Virus record (IMG/VR): IMGVR_UViG_3300013232_000195
Source of the DNA: an uncultured virus (IMG/VR IMGVR_UViG_3300013232_000195)
Lineage: Duplodnaviria > Heunggongvirae > Uroviricota > Caudoviricetes
Length of the DNA stretch: 20,000 bases
Strand: one strand, 5' to 3'
Part shown: positions 1-8,888 of the stretch, in pieces
Layout of the letters: the number at the start of each line of letters is the position of its first letter
Position numbering within the stretch: the stretch's first letter is position 1
The notes under the pieces: generated by a model
Told to the model about the DNA's origin: nothing
The model's database searches: none
Seen by the model: the letters and a program-made list of their open reading frames with translations, nothing else
Translations under genes and position numbers: made by a program

Positions 1-276
1 CATCGTTAGAACAACCAACGGAAGGAAGGCACCAGGATCTCCGCCCTCGCTCTTGATCGGCTTGCGCCACCAGGTTCCTTGGATCTGGAACAAGGCGACC
101 TTGTTTCCGTCCTTCATCACGAACACCGTCTTGCCGTTAACCCGTTCCTTGCCAATGACTTCGGAGTCGTGTGGTTCGTCGCCGATGACGTACCGAACGT
201 CGTCGCCCTTGCGGGGTTCCTCACCCCGCAAGCGCGTCCAACAATCGTGGGTCTTGAGGAGTTCCTTGCTAACCAT
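1..276 (-). CDS. Hypothetical protein, 3' end outside window
   Basis: ATG at 276 overlaps the end of 269..514; frame MVSKELLKTHDCW... stays open to position 1. Confidence 0.65.
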   Translation of the reverse strand, partial: MVSKELLKTHDCWTRLRGEEPRKGDDVRYVIGDEPHDSEVIGKERVNGKTVFVMKDGNKVALFQIQGTWWRKPIKSEGGDPGAFLPLVVLTM

Positions 277-514
277 TGTTTTCGATTTCCTTGGCCAAGC
301 AATTCAGCTTATTGGCCAAGTCCCGTAGGACAGCGGGGTTAGACGGCAAGCAGACAGAACAATTGCCGATCTTGCTCTTAGATGTGATGGGCTGAATGTC
401 CACATCCGTGCCGTTATCGGTGACGATAACCCCTATGGTCTGGATGTCGCCGTTTCGTCCTTGAGACAAGACTGGATGCTCGCGGCTGGGCCAAAAGCAG
501 TCAACACTTCTCAT
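269..514 (-). CDS. Hypothetical protein, 81 aa
   Basis: Repeat at 537, SD GGGAGG at 520-525, ATG 514. Confidence 0.8.
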   Translation of the reverse strand: MRSVDCFWPSREHPVLSQGRNGDIQTIGVIVTDNGTDVDIQPITSKSKIGNCSVCLPSNPAVLRDLANKLNCLAKEIENNG

Positions 515-552
515 GTCAACCTCCCTTTCTAATGGTCTGGGACCCGAATGGC

Positions 553-837
553 CTACTCGCCTTCGGGAAGAGGTTCTTCGTCCTCAAAATCCTCGTCAAA
601 GTCGGGTTCTTTGGGGAAGCAGTCGTCACAAATCTGACTGATGAACATCTCTCGGTCCTTGGCGGGCATGAGCGGGAAGGCGTCTTGAATGAACGCCCCA
701 TTCTCTCTGGCCTTGATTCCCACGATAGGAGCCTTGATCTCAACGGTCTTGCGACAACTCACACACATGATCTCGACGATGACGTTTTTGTCGTCACCAG
801 GAATGGCCTTGAAAGACATCGGTCTGGTCAGAAACAT
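553..837 (-). CDS. Small protein with two CxxC motifs (probable zinc ribbon) and acidic tail, 94 aa
   Basis: CVSC...CDDC; repeat at 862 and SD; stop 7 nt from the next repeat core. Confidence 0.8.
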   Translation of the reverse strand: MFLTRPMSFKAIPGDDKNVIVEIMCVSCRKTVEIKAPIVGIKARENGAFIQDAFPLMPAKDREMFISQICDDCFPKEPDFDEDFEDEEPLPEGE

Positions 838-861
838 GTTTGATCCTCCCTTTCACTTGGT

Positions 862-1254
862 CTAGGACCCGATCGCCACGCCTTCTCGCACCGCCCGCAG
901 CGTCATGGGTTGCCACCTAGACATGTCGGCGCTTTCCCCGATGCAGATGGGGTCGATATGGTCATTAACCTCGTTGGCGAACTGGTCGGCGGTCACGTCC
1001 ACGATGATCGTCCCAACGCGAACCCACCAATGGAACGGATACTTGGCGTCCTCGGGGTCGGCGTCTTCGTCGTACTGCGACATGTCGGGGTCGTCCAGAA
1101 CAAACCTCCCCCGAACAACGCGACACTTGCCACCGTCCTCGCGGATCATGTTGGCGATGTACTTGGACGCCTTAAGGCATCCGCCCTGGGGAGGATTGCC
1201 GTACTTCCGAACGATGAACTCACGCGCCTTCTTCGCAATCGCCTGTAGGTTCAT
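862..1254 (-). CDS. Transglutaminase-like/papain-fold Cys-His-Asp protein, 130 aa
   Basis: GGCLKAS...HWWVRVG.IIVDVTADQF pattern; SD AAGGGAG before ATG 1254; stop TAG supplied by the repeat (AIGS*). Confidence 0.65.
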   Translation of the reverse strand: MNLQAIAKKAREFIVRKYGNPPQGGCLKASKYIANMIREDGGKCRVVRGRFVLDDPDMSQYDEDADPEDAKYPFHWWVRVGTIIVDVTADQFANEVNDHIDPICIGESADMSRWQPMTLRAVREGVAIGS

Positions 1255-1290
1255 CGATCTTCTCCCTTCGCGCTCGCTTCTTGTCAACTC

Positions 1291-1321
1291 GCAGACTCCG
1301 CCGACGATGGGCGGAGTCTGC
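1291..1321. other. Perfect 12-bp intergenic hairpin
   Basis: GCAGACTCCGCC-N7-GGCGGAGTCTGC, no U-tract. Confidence 0.7.
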
Positions 1322-1352
1322 TGATTTACGACGACCAGAGATGCCCTTGAGT

Positions 1353-1826
1353 TTAGGGCTTCCGTATGGCTTCATCGACGGGCCTCCCGAACAACTCGTT
1401 CATGATGATCGCGTCGGGGTGATCCTTCTTGATCTTGGCCACGAACTCCGTGGTGTAGGGAACCTTCCACGTCCCGTACTGCCCCTTCTTGGCATTCGGC
1501 AACTTCCACACCAACTTGGTCTTACACCAACGCTTGATTGACTGGAGTTCCTCGTGGGATGTCACGATGTCGATCATGGCGGAGTCATAGGCCGTTCCCT
1601 CGCCCAGCGTGGGGAACTTCTTGCGCGAGTCAAAGAACGCCCGACTTTCGCGCAACTCGGCCTTAACCGCCGCAATGTCGATGTCCTTGTACCATTGCCA
1701 CTTCAAACATCCACCATTGGCTTCGTCAATGACGAACGCCACGGGCTTGCCGCTTTGCAGCAACTCCGCGTTGAACCCGTATCCTTCCATCCCACGGAAC
1801 GACTTGAACTTGCGAATGGTCAACAT
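1353..1826 (-). CDS. Hypothetical phage-type protein, 157 aa
   Basis: Repeat at 1855, SD, ATG 1826 (MLTIRKFKSFRGMEGYGF). Confidence 0.85.
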   Translation of the reverse strand: MLTIRKFKSFRGMEGYGFNAELLQSGKPVAFVIDEANGGCLKWQWYKDIDIAAVKAELRESRAFFDSRKKFPTLGEGTAYDSAMIDIVTSHEELQSIKRWCKTKLVWKLPNAKKGQYGTWKVPYTTEFVAKIKKDHPDAIIMNELFGRPVDEAIRKP

Positions 1827-1871
1827 TGTCCTTGTCCTCCCTTTCAAGGATAGGCTAGGACCCGATCGCCC

Positions 1872-2078
1872 CTACTGGAAGACGGTAGGTATTGCGGCTT
1901 GCACGCGGGCCTCCAACACCATGGCAGGGCCATTCGGACACCGCGACAATTGCTCCAGCATCCGTCTGTTGGCCCAATGTAACTCACCAATCTTCAACGT
2001 TGTGGGATCGGTAGTCAACTCGCGTTCAAGTTGATGATGGAGTTCCTGGAAGAGGATTTCGTGGTATTTGCGGGTCAC
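1872..2078 (-). CDS. Hypothetical protein, 68 aa
   Basis: GTG start overlaps the upstream TGA (GTGA), GGAGG SD; stop just before repeat 1855. Confidence 0.7.
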   Translation of the reverse strand: MTRKYHEILFQELHHQLERELTTDPTTLKIGELHWANRRMLEQLSRCPNGPAMVLEARVQAAIPTVFQ

Positions 2079-2344
2079 TTGGCCTCCTTGATGGAACAGA
2101 TGCTGAAGACGTATCCCCCGTCACGGTCGATCAAGCTGGCAGCATCCAACTTGTCCAACTCCTTGTCAGAGAAACCCGCCTCAGTGGACATCCCAGCGTA
2201 CTCGTTAAGCTCCAGGTAGGTCAATTCGCCGAAGGGCTTTGCACTTCCAGCCATGACCTTTTTGATGGCCTCGGCCTTGTCTTCAGCCTCTACGGCGTAC
2301 TTCTGGACGTGGGTTTCGTACTGCTCGACAATGAACTTAGGCAT
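2075..2344 (-). CDS. Hypothetical protein, DpnD/PcfM-like N-terminus, 89 aa
   Basis: MPKFIVEQYETHVQKYAVEAEDKAEAIKKV; repeat at 2366 and SD; resembles 8422..8607. Confidence 0.75.
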   Translation of the reverse strand: MPKFIVEQYETHVQKYAVEAEDKAEAIKKVMAGSAKPFGELTYLELNEYAGMSTEAGFSDKELDKLDAASLIDRDGGYVFSICSIKEAK

Positions 2345-2383
2345 TCTCTTGCCCTCCAAAATGGTCTGGGACCCAAATGGCCC

Positions 2384-2503
2384 TTAGATATATCCGAAGC
2401 ACCTCAAAATACACAGGACGGCAACCACGGCAAAGAGGAGTTCCTTAAGGTCCACGCTGAATGTAATCTTTTTTTCGATTCTCTTTACCTTGAAGATGAA
2501 CAT
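2384..2503 (-). CDS. 39-aa peptide with hydrophobic C-terminal half (possible membrane peptide)
   Basis: MFIFKVKRIEKKITFSVDLKELLFAVVAVLCILRCFGYI*; SD AGGAG overlaps the upstream TAG; stop next to repeat 2366. Confidence 0.6.
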   Translation of the reverse strand: MFIFKVKRIEKKITFSVDLKELLFAVVAVLCILRCFGYI

Positions 2504-2511
2504 GGCATCTC

Positions 2512-2865
2512 CTACCAGTTGAACTTAACCAGTTCCTCGCATTCCTCGCCGTCCTTGTCAAGGTTCACGGCAAAGAAGCGTTCCTTCATGGCTTGGTGAA
2601 TGAGCGTGATGAAAGCCTCACTCATGCCAGCAGCAAGGAGGTCCTTGCGGAGGTCGTCCAGCGTTCCCGCTTGCTGCGAGTCTTCCAGGGACGGGACGGA
2701 AACATAGAACCCGTACTCGTACTTGGACACCCTTAAGGGGAATGCGGGAATGGAGTTCTGGAAACACGGATCGCTGCCCGCTTCAGCATTCGCCTCAAGA
2801 ATCAGACAGTCATCACGGGTGATGTGGCACGTGGAAACATCGGCCATTTTACGTGCAGTCAGCAT
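2512..2865 (-). CDS. DUF5983-like protein, 117 aa
   Basis: DVSTCHIT...YGFYVSVP...GMSEAF...LDKDG...FNW pattern recalled for DUF5983; repeat at 2890 and SD. Confidence 0.7.
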   Translation of the reverse strand: MLTARKMADVSTCHITRDDCLILEANAEAGSDPCFQNSIPAFPLRVSKYEYGFYVSVPSLEDSQQAGTLDDLRKDLLAAGMSEAFITLIHQAMKERFFAVNLDKDGEECEELVKFNW

Positions 2866-2904
2866 TGTCTTTCCTCCCTTTGTCATGGACTGGGACCCGA
2901 TCGG

Positions 2905-3561
2905 TCATGTGTCTTTGTCCCCTCGCCGCGCCTTGGCGGCGTACTTGTCTCGTTGTTTTTCCATCTTCTTGGTTTCGGGATGGTTCGGATTCTGCTCAAC
3001 CCAAAGGTCGTGATAGGCTGTCCACCAGTTCCAGATTTCCTTCCCCTTTCGCCAAACGCTACGGATGCCATGAACACACCAGCAAATCTGCTCACCCTTT
3101 ATGTCAGCATTCGTGACGGCGCAGAAATCAGAGAGGTCGGATCCGAAGTCGTCCAAGCTTGAAATCTTGTACCTCTTGCGAGCAGACTGATACTTCTTCC
3201 CAGACATGCAGAACTTCTTGCTCTCATTGGAAACGATCTCGTCACCAACTCGGATGATCTGCTTGAGTCGGTAATCCAGAAGGTCAGTGAAATCAAGGTC
3301 TTCCAGAAACCGATCACTCTCCAGTAGCTTGGCTTCGCATTCGGCCAAGGTCAGCGGGCATTCGGATGCCGCCTTTTTCACGCTGGCTTGGAACTTTTCC
3401 TGGCTCTCGGACATGATGGCATTGAGGAAATCCGATCCAACCATGTGGTGGTCTCTGAAAACCTGGTAGAGTATAGCGACATGTACCTCGAGCTTGTCGG
3501 CGGCAGCTTGCCAACGCAACTTGCTCCGAATGCTTTTGGGAACGTATGGTTGAGTCTTCAT
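2905..3561 (-). CDS. Hypothetical protein, 218 aa
   Basis: Fills the interval between repeats 2890 and 3585. Confidence 0.8.
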   Translation of the reverse strand: MKTQPYVPKSIRSKLRWQAAADKLEVHVAILYQVFRDHHMVGSDFLNAIMSESQEKFQASVKKAASECPLTLAECEAKLLESDRFLEDLDFTDLLDYRLKQIIRVGDEIVSNESKKFCMSGKKYQSARKRYKISSLDDFGSDLSDFCAVTNADIKGEQICWCVHGIRSVWRKGKEIWNWWTAYHDLWVEQNPNHPETKKMEKQRDKYAAKARRGDKDT

Positions 3562-3595
3562 GTAGATCCCCTTTTATAAATGGTCTGGGACCCAA

Positions 3596-3865
3596 TTAGC
3601 CCCAGATCTCCTTGACCACCTTCGCAGGGGCTTCCATGAGTGTCGTGACAGTAATCTCGCCAAGCTGCTGGCCGTAGAAGTTGGGCTTCCCATTCCTTAA
3701 AGGGACCTTGATGACCTTACCCTTCTCAAGGACCACGGGGACGCAAGGATTGTATGCGTGTTGCCCGATCTCGAAAGCCTGCCCATCCCGGGCGACCAGG
3801 ACGTATCCTCGCAAGCCAAACCCATTGGTGTTGCTGGATGCCGCCACGACCTTGAACTCTTTCAT
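3596..3865 (-). CDS. Hypothetical protein, 89 aa
   Basis: Repeat at 3887, SD, ATG 3865 (MKEFKVVAASSNTNGFGL). Confidence 0.85.
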   Translation of the reverse strand: MKEFKVVAASSNTNGFGLRGYVLVARDGQAFEIGQHAYNPCVPVVLEKGKVIKVPLRNGKPNFYGQQLGEITVTTLMEAPAKVVKEIWG

Positions 3866-3897
3866 CGTTGTTCCTCCCCCAATGGTCTGGGACCCAA

Positions 3898-4134
3898 TCA
3901 ACCTCGGCAAGGGGCGAACTCGTCCGCCGCCTTGAGGTAGCCCTCAATCTCGTCGAAGCTACCAGACACAAGGATCGTCACTCCGTCGTTCTGGATGACC
4001 ATGCGGGGAGGTTCTCGACTCTCGTCCACCCTCAGAACCAAGTCGTTCTTGACTGCACGGGCCTTGAGACGTTCCCAACGGATGATCGTCCGTTCAAGGT
4101 CGGAGAGAGGCGGCAAAACGCTATTCTTGCTCAT
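3898..4134 (-). CDS. Hypothetical protein, 78 aa
   Basis: GGAGG SD; overlaps end of upstream gene; stop 2 nt from repeat 3887. Confidence 0.75.
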   Translation of the reverse strand: MSKNSVLPPLSDLERTIIRWERLKARAVKNDLVLRVDESREPPRMVIQNDGVTILVSGSFDEIEGYLKAADEFAPCRG

Positions 4135-4393
4135 CAATGTTCCTCCATTCACCAGCAGCCTTCCTCAACGCTTCGTTGCTTGGGTTGGGGCGTTCTTTCG
4201 ACAAAAACTTGTCTGCATCAAATTCTTCTTTGCCTTGCTTACGCGCCTCCATGATCTGCCGTTGACGGAATGCAACCTCGTTAGCCAGTCGGATGCATTC
4301 CATCCGCGCCTGGATCTCAGACTCCCTTGCGCGTATCCATGCATCGTGAACGTTCCTCAGACATTCCTCGTGCCAAGCCAACTTCTTTTTCAT
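4121..4393 (-). CDS. Hypothetical helical protein, 90 aa
   Basis: Repeat at 4415, SD, ATG 4393. Confidence 0.75.
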   Translation of the reverse strand: MKKKLAWHEECLRNVHDAWIRARESEIQARMECIRLANEVAFRQRQIMEARKQGKEEFDADKFLSKERPNPSNEALRKAAGEWRNIDEQE

Positions 4394-4430
4394 GGTCTGT
4401 CCTCCAAGGATCGTCTGGGACCCAAATGGA

Positions 4431-4802
4431 CTAGGCCAATTCGTCAATCTTCTTCTGCGCCCACTGTTGGGCGTCAATCCAGTAGTCCTTGCCGTTCTTG
4501 ACCACGACAGCCCCACCGCCGAACTCGTCCAGACGGGGCTTGCTGCAAGTATGCGCCCATGAGAAGGTGATGGCGTCCGTCAGCTTGAAACAGTTCTGGA
4601 ACTCACACAGAACATCGACGATCCGTTCCAAGTCCGCGTTCTCTTCGCTATTGAGCCAAACCGTTTTGTTGTCTTCCTGGATCTCAGCATCACAACTCGG
4701 GCCGAACTCACCGTCCTTGTTGAGTTCCTCAGCAAGCCATGTGGCTTGCTCCTCTGTGGCGCATTCAATCTGCGTACTGAACTGAGTGTAGTTGTTCGCC
4801 AT
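4431..4802 (-). CDS. Hypothetical protein, 123 aa
   Basis: MANNYTQFS...WAHTCSKPRLDEFGGGAVVV; bounded by repeats 4415 and 4824. Confidence 0.85.
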   Translation of the reverse strand: MANNYTQFSTQIECATEEQATWLAEELNKDGEFGPSCDAEIQEDNKTVWLNSEENADLERIVDVLCEFQNCFKLTDAITFSWAHTCSKPRLDEFGGGAVVVKNGKDYWIDAQQWAQKKIDELA

Positions 4803-4839
4803 TCAAATCTCCTTTGTCTTGGTCTGGGACCCGAACATC

Positions 4840-5655
4840 CTAGTACCGCATGGCACGTAGCCGCTTTGCCCGATCCTCCTTCGCCGTCCCCCATGCCTCC
4901 TTGGTCATGTCACCACCATACCCAGAAGCGCGGTCAGCATCGTCACGATACTCGTCCGATCCCCACAACCGCCCACCAGTCCCTCGCGTCCAGTTCACGT
5001 TGCGTAGCGCCCTCCAGAACACCCGCGCCATCGGTTCCTCATGCGCCCGATCAACCGCGTGATTGTTCTCGGACACCACCCACGTCACCACCCGCTTGTC
5101 GGCGTTAAGGTAGATGTTTCCCTCGTACCCCACGCGGAAGCTGACTGTGGCCTTGGTTGCCTTGGGGAAGTCCTTCTTCTTCGGCGCTTTTGGCCGCTTG
5201 CGGTCTGTCCACTGGTTGCCCCAGATCTTGCCTTCGGCGTCTACGCGACGGCCCATGCCGTTGTAGCATGTTCGGTTCTTCTCGGTCACCCACGCCTCAA
5301 CCCCAGTCGTGGGAGGGCAAGTATTGCCCATCACCACTTCCCTCTTGTCTTGCATGAGGGCATGGCGAACAACGTCAGACTCCAGCTTGAACCTCTCACA
5401 AAGAATCGACAAGAGCGTCCGAATTCCATCGGGACTGGTCGGCGTAAGGTTGCAGCAATGAGTCGCCAGCAACGCCTTGACCTCGGCCTTGGCGTTGTTC
5501 TTGAGAAGCCGATCCATCTCGGTCTTGACCTTCAGGGTGTCGGCGTACCGCTTCTCTTGCAACTCGTTGTAGCCAGCTATCACGGCATCCCGCAGCTTGC
5601 GGAACTCGGCGCAAGACAAATGCCATTCGCCCTTTTCCCATTCATTGCAACTCAT
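4840..5655 (-). CDS. Hypothetical protein, 271 aa (longest in window)
   Basis: Bounded by repeats 4824 and 5679; SD GGAGG. Confidence 0.85.
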   Translation of the reverse strand: MSCNEWEKGEWHLSCAEFRKLRDAVIAGYNELQEKRYADTLKVKTEMDRLLKNNAKAEVKALLATHCCNLTPTSPDGIRTLLSILCERFKLESDVVRHALMQDKREVVMGNTCPPTTGVEAWVTEKNRTCYNGMGRRVDAEGKIWGNQWTDRKRPKAPKKKDFPKATKATVSFRVGYEGNIYLNADKRVVTWVVSENNHAVDRAHEEPMARVFWRALRNVNWTRGTGGRLWGSDEYRDDADRASGYGGDMTKEAWGTAKEDRAKRLRAMRY

Positions 5656-5702
5656 GCTTGTCTTCCTCCAAAAATGGTCTGGGACCCGATCGTGTGGTTA
5701 TG

Positions 5703-5747
5703 GGGAGGCCCTGGCGCGGAGGGAGGGCCGCGCCAGGGCAGGGAGAA
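5703..5747. repeat. 45-bp GC-rich hairpin element, copy 1
   Basis: GGGAG-GCCCTGGCGCGG-N8-CCGCGCCAGGGC-AGGGAGAA; 44/45 identical to 9154-9198. Confidence 0.9.
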
Positions 5748-6347
5748 CTAGGCTAGGACTTCGATCTTGGTTGGTTCGCCTGGAGTCTGCGTGACCTTGA
5801 ACCGCAGACATTCCTTTTCGAACTCGGCATTCTGCTCGGCCAGCTTGTCGTGATACGCCCTAACCGCCTCGTTGTACTGGAGCTGCGCGTCTTGTCTGAG
5901 GATCTCGCCCTTGCGCAGCTTCTTGTTGAGACTGGTCTTGAGCGCCACAATCTCGCGGTCCCATCGGCAGCGTTCCCGCCACCGTCGCGCCGACGTATTG
6001 TCGGGGCAAGGCACCATTTCGAAGTAGCTGAGGGGGCATTTCGACTCACATGGCCCCATCGACTCTTCCATGTCCTTGTAACCCCAACCCTCGTCTCGCT
6101 TTGAGTACAGCATCATCGCCACAAAGATCCAACGGTGGGAAGCCAGCAAGTCGGGCGTTCCATCGGGCGCGGTAATGGTGTCTTCGAAGACCGCGTACAG
6201 CGTACCCTTGAAGGAACTGCCCTTGTAACACTTGGTCAGACACTTGCGGCTGACCTTGCTGCCGTCCTCACGTTCCCACTGCTGAGGCTGAACCAACTCC
6301 TCGATGACCGAACCGCGTCTTGAACCTGGAATGAATGTCCAACCCAT
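5748..6347 (-). CDS. DUF6927-like protein, 199 aa
   Basis: MGW start and WGYKDMEESMGP...CPLSY...WRERC motifs; repeat at 6373 and SD. Confidence 0.75.
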   Translation of the reverse strand: MGWTFIPGSRRGSVIEELVQPQQWEREDGSKVSRKCLTKCYKGSSFKGTLYAVFEDTITAPDGTPDLLASHRWIFVAMMLYSKRDEGWGYKDMEESMGPCESKCPLSYFEMVPCPDNTSARRWRERCRWDREIVALKTSLNKKLRKGEILRQDAQLQYNEAVRAYHDKLAEQNAEFEKECLRFKVTQTPGEPTKIEVLA

Positions 6348-6389
6348 TTTCGTATCCTCCCTTTCCCCTAGTCTGGGACCCGAATGGCT

Positions 6390-6758
6390 CTAGTCTTGTC
6401 CGCATGTCCTCAAGACTTCAAGGACGCGGCCCCAGACCAGCATGGTGTCTGGCTTCCAGTTGTACCATTTCTTGTCGTACGTCCACCAGTACCCGCCATG
6501 ATCCAAGTCGGGGTTTTTCGCCTTCTCGTTTCCCTTGAGACTTCTCGCCGTCAAGTCAATGTCGAAGGTCACAGTTGACGTGTTCTTGCGGTTCCACTCC
6601 AGACGCAAGTTGCTGTAACAGCCTTGCGTACCATTCGTGACGAGCGACACCATGACGCAGTTGTCGGGCTTGCCGAAGACGAAGTACTGTCCAGAACGAG
6701 CGCCATGCCCCATCAAAAGAGCGCCCAGTTCCTTTTCAATCATCTCGTTAATGGTCAT
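6390..6758 (-). CDS. Hypothetical protein, about 122 aa
   Basis: Repeat at 6784 and SD; ATG 6758 has better SD spacing than 6764. Confidence 0.8.
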   Translation of the reverse strand: MTINEMIEKELGALLMGHGARSGQYFVFGKPDNCVMVSLVTNGTQGCYSNLRLEWNRKNTSTVTFDIDLTARSLKGNEKAKNPDLDHGGYWWTYDKKWYNWKPDTMLVWGRVLEVLRTCGQD

Positions 6759-6794
6759 CTTCATGTCCTCCCTTTCCAATAGTCTGGGACCCAA

Positions 6795-7037
6795 CTAGGC
6801 GCGGATCATCGCACGGGCTTCCTCGTCCCGCGCTTGCGCCTCAGTGATGTAGTAGAAGTTCACCATCGGATCGGACCATGCGGGAGCGCCCAGGTCTTCC
6901 ACGATCCCCACCGTCCGCTTCTCGTTCAGCGCCTTGTTGCAGGCGAGAACCAAGGCGAAGTCAAGGGACGGGCAATGCCGTCCTTCCACCGAGTACTTGA
7001 CGCCTTCTCCCTTGTTCATCCGCAGGAACAATGACAT
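6795..7037 (-). CDS. Hypothetical protein, 80 aa
   Basis: SD GGGAGG overlaps the upstream TAG; stop 2 nt from repeat 6784. Confidence 0.8.
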   Translation of the reverse strand: MSLFLRMNKGEGVKYSVEGRHCPSLDFALVLACNKALNEKRTVGIVEDLGAPAWSDPMVNFYYITEAQARDEEARAMIRA

Positions 7038-7047
7038 GTGATCCTCC

Positions 7048-7347
7048 CTATCCGTAGACCGTTTTTCTGGCGGTCTTCCAAACCAACTTGGCTTTCTCAG
7101 TGTTTAGCCAGTCATTCCTCGCAAAGTAAGGTACCAGTTTGTACCTATGATCCCCAAAAACTAGGCTGGCATGATGTGGCCCGTTTCTGTCTTCAAACAT
7201 CATGACTATTAGGTCTGAAACTCCCTTAAGACGATAATGCCATTCTTTCCACTTCTCCATTGGCGGGAACTCGGAGAACTCAGCGATCTCCCGCATGATG
7301 CAACCAAGCAGCTTTACAAGCGCTGGCTCAAGTAATTCAGAGTCCAT
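7048..7347 (-). CDS. Hypothetical protein, 99 aa
   Basis: Repeat at 7367, SD, ATG 7347. Confidence 0.75.
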   Translation of the reverse strand: MDSELLEPALVKLLGCIMREIAEFSEFPPMEKWKEWHYRLKGVSDLIVMMFEDRNGPHHASLVFGDHRYKLVPYFARNDWLNTEKAKLVWKTARKTVYG

Positions 7348-7366
7348 TGATTCCTCCCACCATAAC

Positions 7367-7594
7367 CTAGGACCCGATCGACCTACGCTTCTGGTCCGCA
7401 ATCATGGCGTCCATCAAAAGGCGGAACTTGTGGATCATCTCACATATCGTTATTGCGCCAGCGTCCAGACCACTGTTGGCTTGCTTCTCAGCCGCCTTGA
7501 CAGCCGTCTGGAACATGACGAAATCCCCACCTCCGTCCTCGCCAGTGAACACATCGACAATGCGGTCAACGTCTGGTTTCAGTTTGATCTTCAT
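7367..7594 (-). CDS. Hypothetical protein, 75 aa
   Basis: ATGA overlap with upstream gene; ends IGS* inside the repeat. Confidence 0.75.
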   Translation of the reverse strand: MKIKLKPDVDRIVDVFTGEDGGGDFVMFQTAVKAAEKQANSGLDAGAITICEMIHKFRLLMDAMIADQKRRSIGS

Positions 7595-8001
7595 GCGGCC
7601 ACCTTCATTCGCCTAGACGATGCCTTCGCCTCTGTCTTCTTGGCAACGTCCCGCCGCGCCAGACTAGCGGCAGCGCCCACCGCGTTAATGACCACCAGTA
7701 GCCCCAGACACCCTATGGCTATCGCTTGAATGCCGCTGAGGATCATCGTCCCCTCCAGCAGCATGACGAACCCCAGCGACTTGGGTTTGTTCTGGAAGGC
7801 GGCTTGCGCCCACTCGTACACGGTCGGCGCGGAAACCAGCAACCCGCCAAGGACAATCGTCCAGAGCCAAGGCTGGCCCTTGCTCGCCTCATAGTGGGAA
7901 ACGAGGTACGTCGCCACGGGGACGGTAGCCCCGAAAAGGCAACCAACCCATGCCGCCAACGGATTCTTCCAAGCCTCACGAATCTGCCGAAGAACTGTCA
8001 T
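7591..8001 (-). CDS. Multi-pass membrane protein, 136 aa
   Basis: 3-4 hydrophobic segments; repeat at 8034, SD, ATG 8001. Confidence 0.8.
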   Translation of the reverse strand: MTVLRQIREAWKNPLAAWVGCLFGATVPVATYLVSHYEASKGQPWLWTIVLGGLLVSAPTVYEWAQAAFQNKPKSLGFVMLLEGTMILSGIQAIAIGCLGLLVVINAVGAAASLARRDVAKKTEAKASSRRMKVAA

Positions 8002-8050
8002 CTCCCTATCCTCCCTTTTGGCCCAGTCATAGCCTGGGACCCGATCGATG

Positions 8051-8308
8051 CTATTTCGGGACGGGAATGCACGGACCAAACAAGAGAACCCCTTGCCGTC
8101 GTTCCTCTTCCTTGGAACGACCAAAGACGTACATCCCGCCTCTTGCGACCTCAACCATGGTAATGTGTTTGCCACGCAAGGGCATGGAGAACCCTATCGA
8201 CTTGGCATTGAGGACAAGGGCGGGGCTTCTGGTAAGTCCATGCTTGCCATGGTACTTGACCCAATACCATCCCTCGTCCTTCGGCGGTGTCTTCGTCCAG
8301 GTTTTCAT
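8051..8308 (-). CDS. Hypothetical protein, 85 aa
   Basis: MKTWTKTPPKDEGWYWV; GAGG SD immediately after the tRNA CCA. Confidence 0.75.
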   Translation of the reverse strand: MKTWTKTPPKDEGWYWVKYHGKHGLTRSPALVLNAKSIGFSMPLRGKHITMVEVARGGMYVFGRSKEEERRQGVLLFGPCIPVPK

Positions 8309-8321
8309 GGCATCCTCAAAT

Positions 8322-8396
8322 TGGAAGCATCGGTGGGAGTCGAACCCACTTAAACCCGCTTTGCAGGCGGGTACCTGGCCGTCCAGTCCCAATGCT
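8322..8396 (-). tRNA. tRNA-Cys (GCA)
   Basis: Acceptor AGCATTG/CGATGCT, discriminator U and encoded CCA; anticodon arm CCCGC-CTGCAAA-GCGGG; T arm GTGGG-TTCGACT-CCCAC; 75 nt; D region atypical (G at position 8). Confidence 0.85.
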
Positions 8397-8421
8397 TCAA
8401 CATCCAACGTCTAGGACCCAA

Positions 8422-8607
8422 TCAGCCCTTGATCTCCTCGGTCTTCCAGTGGGTACGCTCCTCCGTACTCTCAAACTCGTCGTCGATCTCCTCGCCCATG
8501 CCGTCCGTCTGGATCGCCTCAATGGCGAGTTCCTCGTTCTTCGCCTCCACCTCGTAGGTGGTGAAGTAAATGCGCTTCTCTTGGAACTTCACTCTGAACT
8601 TGGGCAT
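8422..8607 (-). CDS. Small acidic DpnD/PcfM-like protein, 61 aa
   Basis: MPKFRVKFQEKRIYFTTYEVEAKNEELAIEAI; AAGGAG SD. Confidence 0.75.
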   Translation of the reverse strand: MPKFRVKFQEKRIYFTTYEVEAKNEELAIEAIQTDGMGEEIDDEFESTEERTHWKTEEIKG

Positions 8608-8609
8608 GG

Positions 8610-8885
8610 TCACTCCTTCTCGTTGTAGAAGTTCATCAGCCACTCGGAATACGGCTCAATGAAAACGCCCTTCACTGGCTGCATCCCGTCCTTGAACCAC
8701 CCACGTTCCCATATCTGCATCACGGCCAGTCCAGACGTCCCCTCAAGGCAAACCGCCGCGTCTGCCGTGGCAGATCCCCAGCCCATCTCCTTCACCTTGT
8801 CCTTGCCCCAGACGGACGCCTCGCCGTAGCCATTGTCCTTCAGCCACTTGGCAAAGTCATGGGCAGCCTTCAGAGCTTTGGTCAT
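8610..8885 (-). CDS. Hypothetical protein, 91 aa
   Basis: Tightly packed between neighbours, GGAG SD. Confidence 0.8.
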   Translation of the reverse strand: MTKALKAAHDFAKWLKDNGYGEASVWGKDKVKEMGWGSATADAAVCLEGTSGLAVMQIWERGWFKDGMQPVKGVFIEPYSEWLMNFYNEKE

Positions 8886-8888
8886 GGG

